From: Anaeromyxobacter sp.
GTDB lineage: Bacteria; Myxococcota; Myxococcia; Myxococcales; Anaeromyxobacteraceae
Reading direction: 5' to 3'
DNA length: 64,000 nucleotides
Assembly (NCBI GenBank): GCA_049840735.1
Contig: JASGJN010000023.1
Coordinates: 64,001 to 128,000 of the forward strand
Made by a program: the position numbers and the translations under genes. The notes beneath the pieces are model-generated. The model was not told the origin of the DNA. It was given only the letters and a program-made list of their open reading frames with translations, and searched no databases. Shown piece after piece: positions 39,082 through 52,557 of the stretch. Position 1 is the stretch's first letter. Every line of letters starts with the position of its first letter.

Positions 39082-39286
39082 GTGCACTCCGTCCGTTGAG
39101 AGAACCAGCGGGCGCATGCCAGTGCGCGCGCATCGCCGGTGCGTGACCGGACTGCAACGGAGGGGCCACCCGGACGGGCTGCGGAATCCGCGGGGAACGG
39201 GCCGGAGCGGACGCGCGCCGTCCGGGATCACGGACGGCGCGGGGAGCCGCGTCCGGGTCGCCGGACACGGCGGGGCCGATGGGAGG

Positions 39287-40639
<1,353 letters not shown>

Positions 40640-40786
40640 CGGCTTCCCTCCTGTGCGCGGCAGGGATCGTGCCCGCCGCGACTGGCGCTCCTTGCATGGC
40701 CCGCGCCCGACCCCCAGGCACGGGAATCCGTTGGACCTGCAGGCCGCGTGTCCGGAGAGGCGGACTCCAGCCGGCCCGAACGCACG

Positions 40787-42076
40787 TCAGGACGGCCCCG
40801 CGGCCGGGAGGCGCACCACGGCCGCCGTCCCGCCGCCCTCGACCGGCTCGTAGGTCAGCTTGCCCCCGTGCAGGTGGAGGGCGTTGCGGGCGTAGAACAC
40901 CCCCAGCCCAGTGCCGTGCTCGCGCCCGGTGACGAACGGTGAGCCGATGTTCCCGATGACCGCCTCCGGGATCCCGGCGCCCCGGTCGATCACGCGCAGG
41001 TCGCAGCCGTCGGCCCCCGCCGAGAGCCGCACCTCGACCCGCCCGCCGGGCGGTGAGGCCTCCACCGCGTTCTTCACCAGGTTGAGGAGCGCCTCCTGGA
41101 GCAGGCGCCGGTCCCCGCTGGTCGCCGCGGCTCCGGTCCGCTCCAGCCGGATCCCGGTGGTGAGCGCCTCGTCGCGCAGGAGGGCGATCACGGCGTCGGT
41201 CAGCGCTGCCAGGTCCACGGGCTCCTTCCGCACGAGCCCCATGGGGCGCCCCGAGGCCAGGCACGCGGAGAGCACGTCCCGCATCCGGTCCACCTCGGAC
41301 TCGACCACCCGCAGCCGCTTCCGCAGCTCCTCGGACTCGACCTCCTGGGCCGAGACCTGCACGATGGTCTTCACCGCGGCGAGCGGGTTCTTGAGCTGGT
41401 GCGACAGGCCGCTGGTGATGAGCTCGAGGTCGCGGGCCCGCGCCAGGGCGCTGGTGGCCAGCTCCTCCCGGGTTCGCGACACCTCGGCGACCGCCTCGTC
41501 CATCGCGGAGCTGAAGAACGACAGGCGATCGGCGCTCGAGAGGAACCCGTTGGCCAGCAGGATGAACGTCCAGATGGCCAGGAACCGGTCAGGCAGCGGC
41601 GGTCCGAACCAGTGGGCTGGCGCGATGGCCATGGCGGCGAGCGCCGCGAGCATCGCCAGGATCCGGGCGATGGAGGTCGGACTCCAGCCCTTGGCGATGA
41701 CGTACCAGATGAGCTGGAGCCCGACGGTGCCGACGATCGGGCTGTGCATCCCGCCCGAGAGCGCCAGCTGGAGCGGGAAGAGGAACAGGATCCAGTCGTA
41801 GTCCAGCCAGCGCCCGCGCCCCGCGCTCCAGCGCAGCTGCGCCACCAGGAACGGGAGCATGGTGGCCAGGCCGGCCACGGCGCGCCACGCCGGAAAGCCC
41901 TGGAGCCAGAGCGCCAGGTTGAAGGCCACCGAGAGCCCATAGGCCCACAGGAAGCGCCAGGCCCGGGTGCGGGCCCACTGGTCCAGACCGCGCGCCTCGG
42001 CGGTCCGCGCGACGGGAGGGGGAGGCGCGGGGAGGTGGCTGGGGGCGGGCGCGATCGGCACCCGGCCATGATGCAT
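40787..42076 (-). CDS. Membrane sensor histidine kinase
   Basis: About 5-6 TM helices; SHQLKNPL H-box; NLVKNA, DRGAGI, GTGLG; start uncertain. Confidence 0.92.
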   Translation of the reverse strand: MHHGRVPIAPAPSHLPAPPPPVARTAEARGLDQWARTRAWRFLWAYGLSVAFNLALWLQGFPAWRAVAGLATMLPFLVAQLRWSAGRGRWLDYDWILFLFPLQLALSGGMHSPIVGTVGLQLIWYVIAKGWSPTSIARILAMLAALAAMAIAPAHWFGPPLPDRFLAIWTFILLANGFLSSADRLSFFSSAMDEAVAEVSRTREELATSALARARDLELITSGLSHQLKNPLAAVKTIVQVSAQEVESEELRKRLRVVESEVDRMRDVLSACLASGRPMGLVRKEPVDLAALTDAVIALLRDEALTTGIRLERTGAAATSGDRRLLQEALLNLVKNAVEASPPGGRVEVRLSAGADGCDLRVIDRGAGIPEAVIGNIGSPFVTGREHGTGLGVFYARNALHLHGGKLTYEPVEGGGTAAVVRLPAAGPS

Positions 42077-42246
42077 GCGGGCGCGGTGGCCGCAACCGAG
42101 GCCGGCGCGGCATGGCGGGAGAGGTGGGAGGCTGCGGAGCGATCCGGATGTCCGGGAAACCGGTCACCATCGCTGCGGCTGTCGCGGAATCCGGCACCTC
42201 ACGTTCCACGCGCCACGCAAGCGGGCGAGATCACGTCGTCACGCCC

Positions 42247-42261
42247 TGGCACGCGCCCTGT
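42247..42261 (+). promoter_or_regulatory. Possible sigma54 promoter upstream of tatA
   Basis: TGGCACG-CGCC-CTGT: perfect -24, imperfect -12 (GT instead of GC). Confidence 0.35.
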
Positions 42262-42327
42262 AGGAGGCCCCGGTGAACCACGGGGCCGGGCCGGCTGGCC
42301 GCGGTCGACGCGAAAGGAACGTGTCTC

Positions 42328-42516
42328 ATGTTCGGACTCAGGATGCCTGAGCTGCTGCTGATCCTCGCCATCTGCGTGCTCATGTTCGGCGCAAGCAAGC
42401 TGCCGGCCCTGGGCGCCGGGATCGGCAACGGGATCCGCAGCTTCAAGAGGGCCATGGCGGGCGACGGCGAGACGCCGGCAGCGCCGCAGGCCACGCCGGC
42501 CCAGGAGGACGCGTAG
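42328..42516 (+). CDS. tatA: Twin-arginine translocase TatA/TatE subunit
   Basis: [38 protein letters not shown]. Confidence 0.92.
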   Translation: MFGLRMPELLLILAICVLMFGASKLPALGAGIGNGIRSFKRAMAGDGETPAAPQATPAQEDA

Positions 42517-42544
42517 GACCACGTCGCCACGTCCCGGAGCTTCG

Positions 42545-42895
42545 ATGGCCATCGCCTGCGACGACCTCTTCGCCGCCTACAGCCACGGTTACCATCTCGG
42601 CGCCCAGGGCCTCGGGGGGTTCGAGGGGGCGCCGTCGATCCAGGCCTGGGCCGCCGAGCTCGGCCGTACCGATGCAGGCGCCCGCAGGCTGCACCGCTCG
42701 GCCACGCAGCTGGCGGCCTGGGCCGAGTGCTGCGAGGCCTACGCGCGGCGGGCGCGAGGGGAGTCCCGGGAGGCCTGCAGCAGTGAGCAGCCGCACGTCG
42801 TGTTCGCCGTCCACCTCGCGGAGCGCGACGCAGAGGCGGGGAGACTCCGCTCGCCCCTCGAGCTCGGCGCCGTGCTGCGGCAGCTCGGCGTGTGA
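42545..42895 (+). CDS. Hypothetical protein
   Basis: 116-aa ORF, ATG with GGAG upstream; no recognised family. Confidence 0.5.
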   Translation: MAIACDDLFAAYSHGYHLGAQGLGGFEGAPSIQAWAAELGRTDAGARRLHRSATQLAAWAECCEAYARRARGESREACSSEQPHVVFAVHLAERDAEAGRLRSPLELGAVLRQLGV

Positions 42896-42898
42896 AGG

Positions 42899-43573
42899 TC
42901 ACGACTTCTCCCGCGGCCGGTGCGGCAACGGGCAGGAGCGGGCCCCGTGCTTCTCGTCCCACTGCTGGTGATATTCCTCGGCGATCCAGAACCGGCCGAT
43001 GGGGGCGATCTCGGTGGTGATGCGCTCGCGCAGCCGGGCCTGCTCGGCGTCGCGGGAGGCCAGCGCGGCGGCCTGCTGCCCGGCGCCGAAGGTGAAGATG
43101 GCCGAGCGGTACTGGTGGCCCATGTCAGGCCCCTGGCGGTCGCCGGAGGTTGGGTCGTGCGTCTCCCAGAAGACCTTCAGGAGGTCCGGGTAGCTGATCT
43201 TCGCGGGATCGAACTCGATCAGGACCGACTCGGCGTGGCGGGTCTCGTGCGCGCTGACGACGTCGTAGGTCGGGTCGGCCTCGGCCCCGCCCGTGTAGCC
43301 GACCGCGGTCGCCACCACCCCAGGCACGCGGCGGAACCGCTCCTCCACGCCCCAGAAGCACCCCTGGGCGAAGCTCGCCAGCGCGTGACCGGGCGCCGGA
43401 GCGAGCGACGTGCCGTGCCCCACGTTCCCCGGCCGCTTGCCGAGGCTGGGGTTTCCCACCTGCTCGCGCGGTCCGCCCGCCTGCGAGACGCGCGAGGTGG
43501 TCGCGAACAGGAAGAGTCCGCCGGCCAGCAAGGCCGCCAGGAGGAAGATCGGCTTCGGTCCGCTGCTGCTCAT
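42899..43573 (-). CDS. msrA: Peptide-methionine (S)-S-oxide reductase, exported
   Basis: GCFWGVE, VGYTGG, HDPT..RQGPD.G.QYRS, AEEYHQ; N-terminal signal/TM. Confidence 0.93.
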   Translation of the reverse strand: MSSSGPKPIFLLAALLAGGLFLFATTSRVSQAGGPREQVGNPSLGKRPGNVGHGTSLAPAPGHALASFAQGCFWGVEERFRRVPGVVATAVGYTGGAEADPTYDVVSAHETRHAESVLIEFDPAKISYPDLLKVFWETHDPTSGDRQGPDMGHQYRSAIFTFGAGQQAAALASRDAEQARLRERITTEIAPIGRFWIAEEYHQQWDEKHGARSCPLPHRPREKS

Positions 43574-43734
43574 GGCACCACTCCTCTCTCCCGTTGGTCT
43601 CCGGCGCGCCGGCGACGTTACGGGTGCACCCTCCAGGCCGCGCCCGCGAGCGCGGTCCGCTGCGCGCCCTGGCGGGGAGCAGACGTAACGCCGTCCACCG
43701 GCCGGCGACAGAGGAACGAGCGATGGAGGTCCCC

Positions 43735-44190
43735 ATGTGGCGCCAGGCAAGACCCGCGGATGGAGAGGCCATCATCTCGATGTGCCTTGCCCTCCACGGC
43801 GAGGATCCGGGCATCGCGACGGTCCGGCCAGCGCAGGTCCGGGAGACGCTCGCCTTCCTGGAGCGCGAGCCGTCCCGGGGACGGACGCTGGTCGCGGAGG
43901 CGGACGGCCACATCGCCGGCTACGCCTTCCTGGTGAGGTTCTGGTCCAACGAGCTGGGCGGAGAGGTCTGCGAGGTGGACGAGCTCTTCGTCCGCGCAGG
44001 GCAGCGGGGCAACGGTCTGGGCTCGAGCCTCTTCGAGGCGATCGATGCCGGCCGCTTCGGCAGCTTCGTGGCCATCGCGCTGGGCGTCTCGCCCGCAAAT
44101 GGCCGGGCCCGCCGCCTCTACGAGCGGCTGGGGTTCCGCGCTGCGGGGACGACCATGGTCCGCCGCGGAGCGGGCCGGGAACCCTGCTGA
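43735..44190 (+). CDS. GNAT N-acetyltransferase
   Basis: VDELFV...RGNGLG, N.RARRLYERLGF. Confidence 0.88.
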   Translation: MWRQARPADGEAIISMCLALHGEDPGIATVRPAQVRETLAFLEREPSRGRTLVAEADGHIAGYAFLVRFWSNELGGEVCEVDELFVRAGQRGNGLGSSLFEAIDAGRFGSFVAIALGVSPANGRARRLYERLGFRAAGTTMVRRGAGREPC

Positions 44191-44280
44191 GCGGTTGACC
44201 ATCGGTGTTGCCGTGGCTTGGCCTGCCGGGGAGGGATGCGCTCAATCTGGCTGCCAGACCATGGTGCTAGCGTCCGCTCC

Positions 44281-44814
44281 ATGTGGACTCCCGACCAGAA
44301 CAAGCTCCTTAGGGTTCGCCTCCACTCGAACGGCGCGGACTCCGAGGTCGCGTGGGCGGAGGACGGCGGCCCCGCGCCCGGGCCCGCGGGTTCCCGGTTC
44401 GCGCGGATCGGGAACGTGCCCTTCTTCCACGACAAGCCGACCTACGAGGACGTGATCGTCGCCAGCCCAGATCGCGACGGCGTCCTCTCCTGGAATAGCA
44501 GAGGGCTGAGCCCTCAACGGATCTGCGACCGGCTCATCGAGGACTCCGGCCGCTGGGGGATGATCCTCGACTACGAGCTGCTGGAGCCGCGGGCTGCCGC
44601 CAGGCCGGCATTCGGTGCCCTGCACGACGCGGGTGAGCGGCTCGACATCGTGGTCGAGGGCTGCTTTGGGCCGAAGGACGGAGAGCCGGGGAGGGCGCGC
44701 CTGGCGGTGCCGGCGGGGCTCGGCGTGGAGCGGGTCCTGGAGTACCTCGCCAGCCAGGGGCTGCCGCTGCGCCTGGTGCTGGTGCATCCGGTGGGCGAGG
44801 CCGGCTCGGCGTAG
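44281..44814 (+). CDS. Hypothetical protein, DUF4265-like
   Basis: E..WA.......RI.NVPFF.....Y.DVI.A...DG.L pattern; start uncertain. Confidence 0.55.
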   Translation: MWTPDQNKLLRVRLHSNGADSEVAWAEDGGPAPGPAGSRFARIGNVPFFHDKPTYEDVIVASPDRDGVLSWNSRGLSPQRICDRLIEDSGRWGMILDYELLEPRAAARPAFGALHDAGERLDIVVEGCFGPKDGEPGRARLAVPAGLGVERVLEYLASQGLPLRLVLVHPVGEAGSA

Positions 44815-44962
44815 CTGGGTGTCCAGGCTAGCCGGATCCGGGTGAGCTCCGTGCTTCGCCCCTCGGCCTCGCACGGCCCCGCCTCCTCGGAGTACCGCCG
44901 CGGGCGCGGATGGCCCTGGCTGGGCGCAAGCGCCGGAGGCCTCCGCCTGACATGTTCGGAGC

Positions 44963-45757
44963 ATGGACCTCGGACTGAAGGGGCGGCGGGCGCTGGTGAC
45001 CGGCTCGACCGCAGGGATCGGCTTCGCCACGGCGCGCGCGCTCGCGGCCGAGGGGGCCGACGTGATCGTCAACGGCCGTACCCAGGCGCGCGTGGACGCC
45101 GCGCTGGGGCTCCTGCGGGCCGAGCTCCCCGGCGCCCGGCTCTCCGGCGTGGCGGCCGACGTCGGGACGGCGGAGGGGTGCGAGCGCATCGTCGCGGCTG
45201 CTCCGGCGCTCGACGTGCTGGTGAACAACGCCGGGGTGTTCGCGCCCATCCCCTTCGAGCGGATCACCGACCAGGACTGGAAGGGCATCTTCGAGGTCAA
45301 CGTGCTGAGCGGGATCCGCCTGGCGCGCGCGTACGTGGGCGGCATGCGCGAGCGCGGCTGGGGGCGGATCGTCTTCGTGTCGAGCGAGTCGGCCCTGCAG
45401 ATCCCGGCGGAGATGATCCACTACGGGGTCACCAAGACCGCGCAGCTGGCGGTGGCGCGCGGGCTGGCGGAGTCGCTGGCCGGGACCGGCGTCACGGTGA
45501 ACAGCGTCCTCCCGGGCCCGACCCGCTCGGAAGGCGTGGGCGGGTTCATCGGGCAGCTGGCGCGGACCCGCGGCGTCGACGAGGCGGTGGTGGAGCGGGA
45601 GTTCTTCGAGACCGCTCGCCCCTCGTCGCTGCTGCGCCGCTTCGAGGAGCCGGACGAGATCGCCGCGATGATCGCGTACGTGTGCGGGGCTCCGGCCTCG
45701 GGGACCACGGGCGCGTCCCTGCGCGTGGACGGCGGGGTGGTGCGATCGATCGCCTGA
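44963..45757 (+). CDS. Short-chain dehydrogenase/reductase
   Basis: TGSTAGIG, NNAG, YGVTK, VNSVLPG, RVDGG. Confidence 0.95.
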   Translation: MDLGLKGRRALVTGSTAGIGFATARALAAEGADVIVNGRTQARVDAALGLLRAELPGARLSGVAADVGTAEGCERIVAAAPALDVLVNNAGVFAPIPFERITDQDWKGIFEVNVLSGIRLARAYVGGMRERGWGRIVFVSSESALQIPAEMIHYGVTKTAQLAVARGLAESLAGTGVTVNSVLPGPTRSEGVGGFIGQLARTRGVDEAVVEREFFETARPSSLLRRFEEPDEIAAMIAYVCGAPASGTTGASLRVDGGVVRSIA

Positions 45758-46070
45758 TCACCCCCGGCGTCTGCGAAGCCGGAGTCACCGGCACCGCTTG
45801 CTGAGCACCTGCGCCAGCATACGCAGCCGTGCCCGGACCTTCTCGTCGAGGTGGGCGCGGCCCAGCAGCTCCTCGAACTGGTCGACCTGGCGGCGCGCCG
45901 GCGCGGTGAAGACGTTGGTGCAGCGCCGCTCCCACGTCACCAGCGCCATGCTGGCGCGGCCTGCGATCGCCGGGTCGCTCGACCCGGCGAAGCGCAGCAA
46001 GAGGAGCCCGGCCACCCAGTGCTCGTGGCGTTGGGCCAGCTCGACCGCGGCCTCTCGCTCGCCTCCCCGC

Positions 46071-46461
46071 TCACCCGGCTGCCAGCCGCTTCCCGCCGCC
46101 CGTGCAGCAGGCCGAGACCAGCGAGGCGATCTCCTCCAGCGTGAAGGGCTTGCGGATGTGGCGCTCGACCAGGGGCGGCGCGAGGCCGCGATCCCCGGCG
46201 GACATGGAGACCACCACCAGCCTCCGCCCGCGCGCCTGGACGGCCCGGGCGAACTCCTCCCCGGTCATCCGCGGCATCATCGAGATCGAGCAACGTCAGG
46301 CAGGGCTGGAGGCCGCGCTCGAGGTGCTGCAGGGCCTCGAGGCCGTCCTGGGCGGTCACCACCGACACGCCCAGCTCGAGCAGCAGGTCCTCCATGATGG
46401 ACCGGATGCCCGGGTCGTCATCGACGACCAGGACGGTTCGTGAACACCCGCGCGAGCTCAT
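46071..46461 (-). CDS. Single-domain response regulator (+1 frameshift near 46281)
   Basis: VLVVDDD...LLDL / MMPRMTG..RKPF split over two frames. Confidence 0.75.
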
Positions 46462-46702
46462 GCGGCGCAGATTTGCAACCACCGCGCCAGCATGCGTGGA
46501 CAGGAGCGCGCGGGGAGCCCAGCGACGGGCCCTTTCGGCGATCCGGTATGTGGCCGTTCCGAAGAGCGAAAATCGCTGGCCTGGCGCGTCGCCCCGATGT
46601 GGTGAACTCCGGGAGGTGTCCTCGCGGAGCCCGCGTTGCATCCGGGACCGAGACACCCGCGTCCGGCTCCCGGAAGGTGCTCCAGGCGGGCGAGCAGGCG
46701 AG

Positions 46703-48985
46703 TCAGGCCACCAGCGGCGCATCCAGCATGGCGCGGATGCGCTCGAGGACCGTGCGCGGGTGGAGCGGCTTGCTCAGGAGCTGGATCCCGGGGGCGGTCA
46801 GGCGCAGCTCGTCCACGAGGTCGGCGGAGTAGCCGCTCATGAACAGGATGCGGAGCTGCGGGTCCCGGCGCCGCAGCTCCTCCAGCAGCCGGGAGCCGTT
46901 CATGCGCGGCATGATCACGTCGCTCAGCACCAGATCGATGCGGCTCCGCTCCTCGTCGTAGACGAGCAGCGCCTGCTCCCCGTCGGTCGCCTCGAGCACG
47001 CGGTAGCCGTGGCTCGCGAGCAGCCGCCGGACCACGCGGCGAACGGCGGGCTCGTCCTCCACCAGCAGCACGGTCTCGCTGCCGCCCAGCGCTGCGGCCG
47101 CGGCGCCGCTGGCCGCCGGCTGCGCCGCCTCGCCCTGGGCCAGCGGAAACCAGATCCTGAAGGTCGTGCCGCGGCCCACCTCGCTGTGGACCGCGATCCC
47201 GCCCCCGTGCTGCTGGACGGTGGCGTACGCGATGGCCAGCCCCAGCCCCGTGCCGCGCCCCACCGGCTTGGTGGTGAAGAACGGCTCGAAGATCCGCTGG
47301 CGGACGTCGTCGTCCATCCCTTGCCCGCTGTCCGAGACGGTCAGCAGGGCGTAGGCCCCGGGGCCGGCCAGGTGGTGCTGGCTGGCCTGGGCCTGGTCGA
47401 GGTGGGTGAGCGCGGTCTCGAAGCGCAGCGTGCCGCCCTCGGGCATGGCGTCCCGGGCGTTGGCCGCGAGGTTCATGAGCAGCTGCTCCACCATGAGCCG
47501 GTCCGCCAGGACGCGCAGCGGCTCCTCCTCCAGCCGGCACGAGACGCGCACCGTCTCCCCGATGAGGCGCTGGATCATGCGCTGGAGGTCGCTGACGATG
47601 GCGCCCAGATCGACGGGGGCGGCCTCGAGGACGTGCTTGCGGCTGAACGTGAGCAGGCCGTGCGTCAGGTCCGCCGCGCGCTCGCCGGCGCGCAGGAGCT
47701 CGGTCACGCACTCGCGGCCGTTGCCCGAGAGCCCGGCCTCGGCCTCGATCTCGTGGGCGCAGCCGAGGATCGCGGTCAGGATGTTGTTGAAGTCGTGGGC
47801 GATGCCACCGGCGAGCTGTCCCACGGTCTCCATCTTCTGCGACTGCAGGAGCTGCTGCTCGAGCCGCTTGCGGTCGGTGATGTCGGCGATGGTCACCAGG
47901 GCGTGGCGCGCCTCCAGCTCGACCGGCACGGCGCCCAGCTCCAGCCAGTGGTCGCTGCTCTTCCCGGCGCGCGGGAAGGTGGCGCGCAGCTCCCGCCCCC
48001 GCACGGCCTCCCCGCGCTCCCGCGCCTGCTCCACCGCCTGGCCCAGCTCGCACCCGGCGCAGCCCGCGACCCCTGCCGCGGGCCCCGGGTGCGTGCAGCC
48101 GAGCAGCACCGGCGCGAACCGCCCCTCGATCTCCGCGCGGGTCAGCCCGGAGAGCGCCAGGGCCGCCTGGTTCACGCCGACCACGGTGCGATCGGGGCCG
48201 ACCAGCAGCAAGCCGACGCGGATGGAGTCGAAGACGGCCTGCAGGTGCCCGCGCTGGTGCTCCACCGCGTCCGCGTGCGCACGGACCCTGGCGGCCATGG
48301 CCCCGAAGGCCTGCGCCAGCGAGCCGACCTCCTCGGCCCCGCTGGCCGGAGGGGCGCCCACCCCGAGCTCGCCCTCGTTCGACGACTCGACCCAGCTCCT
48401 GAGGCGGCCGAGCGGGCGCACGATGAAGGCCTGCACCGCCAGGAAGAGCACCAGGGCCAGCGCCACCGACAGGACGAGCAGCTTGAGGAGCGCGCCGACC
48501 ACCACCTGCCGGCGCTCGCGCAGCAGCCCGGCGTCGGTCATGTACACCGCCACGGTGCCGATGACCTCGGTCCCCTGGGACACCGGCGCCGAGAAGATGT
48601 GCTCGGCGGGGCGCGCCAGCCCGGCCACCTCGCGCGAGCGGGGGCCGATCGGCTGCGGCGTGCCGCCGGCGTCCTCGATGAACCCGACGTAGACCTCACC
48701 GGTCTCGTCACGCACCACCACCGCGTCCACGTCCGGGGCGATGACCGTGGTCCGCGTGACCGACTCGACCCCGGCTCGATCGAGGTGCCAGAGCGGGTAC
48801 GCCACCGCCTGCTGCAGGCGCTCGGCGGCGGCGCGACCTTCCGCTTCCAGGGAGCGCTCCCCCGCGAGCCACCGCTGGCGCACCTCGACCACGGTGGCCA
48901 CGCCGAGGACCGCGCCGACGGTGGCGAGCACCACGGCCAGGAGCCGGGTCGAGGTCCGCGACCAGCCCCAGGACCGGGGGGTCAC
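46703..48985 (-). CDS. Hybrid sensor kinase (periplasmic-HAMP-PAS-HisKA-HATPase-REC)
   Basis: Two TM helices, HAMP, AHDFNN, FEPFFTTK..GTGLGL, C-terminal receiver; start uncertain. Confidence 0.92.
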   Translation of the reverse strand: MTPRSWGWSRTSTRLLAVVLATVGAVLGVATVVEVRQRWLAGERSLEAEGRAAAERLQQAVAYPLWHLDRAGVESVTRTTVIAPDVDAVVVRDETGEVYVGFIEDAGGTPQPIGPRSREVAGLARPAEHIFSAPVSQGTEVIGTVAVYMTDAGLLRERRQVVVGALLKLLVLSVALALVLFLAVQAFIVRPLGRLRSWVESSNEGELGVGAPPASGAEEVGSLAQAFGAMAARVRAHADAVEHQRGHLQAVFDSIRVGLLLVGPDRTVVGVNQAALALSGLTRAEIEGRFAPVLLGCTHPGPAAGVAGCAGCELGQAVEQARERGEAVRGRELRATFPRAGKSSDHWLELGAVPVELEARHALVTIADITDRKRLEQQLLQSQKMETVGQLAGGIAHDFNNILTAILGCAHEIEAEAGLSGNGRECVTELLRAGERAADLTHGLLTFSRKHVLEAAPVDLGAIVSDLQRMIQRLIGETVRVSCRLEEEPLRVLADRLMVEQLLMNLAANARDAMPEGGTLRFETALTHLDQAQASQHHLAGPGAYALLTVSDSGQGMDDDVRQRIFEPFFTTKPVGRGTGLGLAIAYATVQQHGGGIAVHSEVGRGTTFRIWFPLAQGEAAQPAASGAAAAALGGSETVLLVEDEPAVRRVVRRLLASHGYRVLEATDGEQALLVYDEERSRIDLVLSDVIMPRMNGSRLLEELRRRDPQLRILFMSGYSADLVDELRLTAPGIQLLSKPLHPRTVLERIRAMLDAPLVA

Positions 48986-49239
48986 CCGACCCCCTGCCGC
49001 CGGCGGGTCGCGGCTCCCTGACGTGCTCGAAGGCAGCTGGACTCGATCCCGATGCGCATGTTCGTCGCTCGCCGGATCTCCTTCGACCCCAGGGGTGACG
49101 GCCCAGATCCTTGTTCCCTGCAGGGGTGGGGCGGGCCGCGCCATCGTCCATTGGGGGCCCGACGATGGTCGTCGCCTCCGGCCACCCCAGCCAGGGCGAC
49201 GACGTGGCCAAGGGGGATGGAGGGCCGCGTGTCCAAGGT

Positions 49240-50070
49240 CTACCGGAAGGCCTTCCCCGCGGCTCCCCGCTTCGCGGCCAGGCGTTCGGTCCAGCGCTGC
49301 GCGATCCGCTGCAGCGCCCCGCTGGCCTCGAGCCTCCGGTAGCCCTCTTCATAGCGCTCGAGCCAGGCGCGACCCCGCGGGTGGCCGAGGCTGAAGCCGA
49401 TGGTGCCGGACTCATGACCGCACCTGAAGGCCCACCGGACCCGGGCCTCCACGCCGGCGTCCCTGGCCTTCTGATCCGTGGGCTCGAGGTCGTTCGTGAC
49501 CACGATGGCCGCCTGGATCCGGCCGCTGGCGAGCCGCTTGAGGTTCAGGTAGTCGCTGTTGGACGGCTCGAACTTGGCGCCGGCCTTCGCCAGGGCGGCG
49601 ATCTCCGCGGGGTACTCGTAGTCCAGGACGGTGCCCACCACCGCGCCGGGCGGCAGGCTGCAGGTGCCTGCCGGCGGTCGGGGCAGCGGTCGGTCGGGGC
49701 TCTCGAAGACGTCCACGTTGAGCAGGATGAGCGGCGCCTTGGCCAGCGCCACCCGCCCCTTGAACTCGGGGACCCAGGTCATGCTCACGCAGGCCGCGAT
49801 GCTGCCGTCGAGCACCGCGCGCTTGCACCTGGCGTACGGCACCACCCGCAGCGCCACCCCGACGTTCGCCTCGCGAAAGGCAGCGGTCACGACGTCGTTG
49901 GCGTAGCCGGTGCCGTCGGGGCCGGACCACGGCGCCGCTGCGTCTTCCACCATGATCTCCACCGTGCCCTCCGCGGCCGGCGCCCGCGCCGGCAGGAGGG
50001 CGCCGCCGAGCAACAGGGCGGAGGCCACGACCTGGATCCTGCCTGCGGCGATGCAGCGGTGACGGCGCAC
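49240..50070 (-). CDS. Periplasmic substrate-binding protein (family 3-like)
   Basis: APWS..DGTG...DVV..AF, VPYARC, LKRLASGRI; no permease nearby; start uncertain. Confidence 0.8.
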   Translation of the reverse strand: MRRHRCIAAGRIQVVASALLLGGALLPARAPAAEGTVEIMVEDAAAPWSGPDGTGYANDVVTAAFREANVGVALRVVPYARCKRAVLDGSIAACVSMTWVPEFKGRVALAKAPLILLNVDVFESPDRPLPRPPAGTCSLPPGAVVGTVLDYEYPAEIAALAKAGAKFEPSNSDYLNLKRLASGRIQAAIVVTNDLEPTDQKARDAGVEARVRWAFRCGHESGTIGFSLGHPRGRAWLERYEEGYRRLEASGALQRIAQRWTERLAAKRGAAGKAFR

Positions 50071-50423
50071 GACGCCTCCCAGTTGAACGGCGGTCTCCTC
50101 GGCGCGCTGTCGACGGCGGGCGGCCCGGTTTGCTTCAACTCGAGATGCGCGCGCGCCGGGACGGTAGGCCGCAGGACTCGGAAGCGACGCTTGTGTCTCT
50201 CTTGAGGCCGGGTCTTGGTCTACCTGGGGCGCAGGGCCGCGCAAGGGGGAACACGGGGTGCCCAGTCAGGTGCACGATTCCGCGGAACCCTGCGCCGCCA
50301 GGCTAGAATCCGCCGCGGAGGGGTTCACCAGGTGAGAGCGCACAGTCAGGGGCGGGCCGGGCGAGCAGGGGATGGAAGCGGCGTCGTGGCCGCGGAGGCC
50401 CGGCCGTGAGCGCCCCCGGGACC

Positions 50424-52408
<1,985 letters not shown>

Positions 52409-52439
52409 CGGCGTCGCCGCACGGGAGCGGTGGCCTGGC

Positions 52440-52544
52440 CTTCGACTCCGCCCCGCCCGCGGCGGAGCTACGCTCAGGCCGACCGGGCTCGTCCACCCCG
52501 TTCGCGCTGAGCGTAGCGAGCCCGCAGGGCTCGCGGAGTCGAAG
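52440..52544. repeat. REP doublet between convergent genes
   Basis: CTTCGACTCCG..CTACGCTCAG and inverted CTGAGCGTAG..CGGAGTCGAAG. Confidence 0.85.
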
Positions 52545-52557
52545 CGCAGGACCGCCG

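Noticed and set aside
39107..39122. sigma54 promoter directly upstream of the flavoprotein (TGGCATGCGCCCGCT)
   Set aside because: GG-to-GC spacing is 9 nt rather than the required 10, so direct sigma54 control remains unshown
42899..43573. Selenocysteine recoding in MsrA or other redox genes
   Set aside because: The catalytic position is a normal Cys (GCFWG), and no in-frame TGA was seen in the redox genes
45785..46015. Small minus-strand ORF after the response regulator
   Set aside because: No clear start, RBS or recognisable family; cannot be supported
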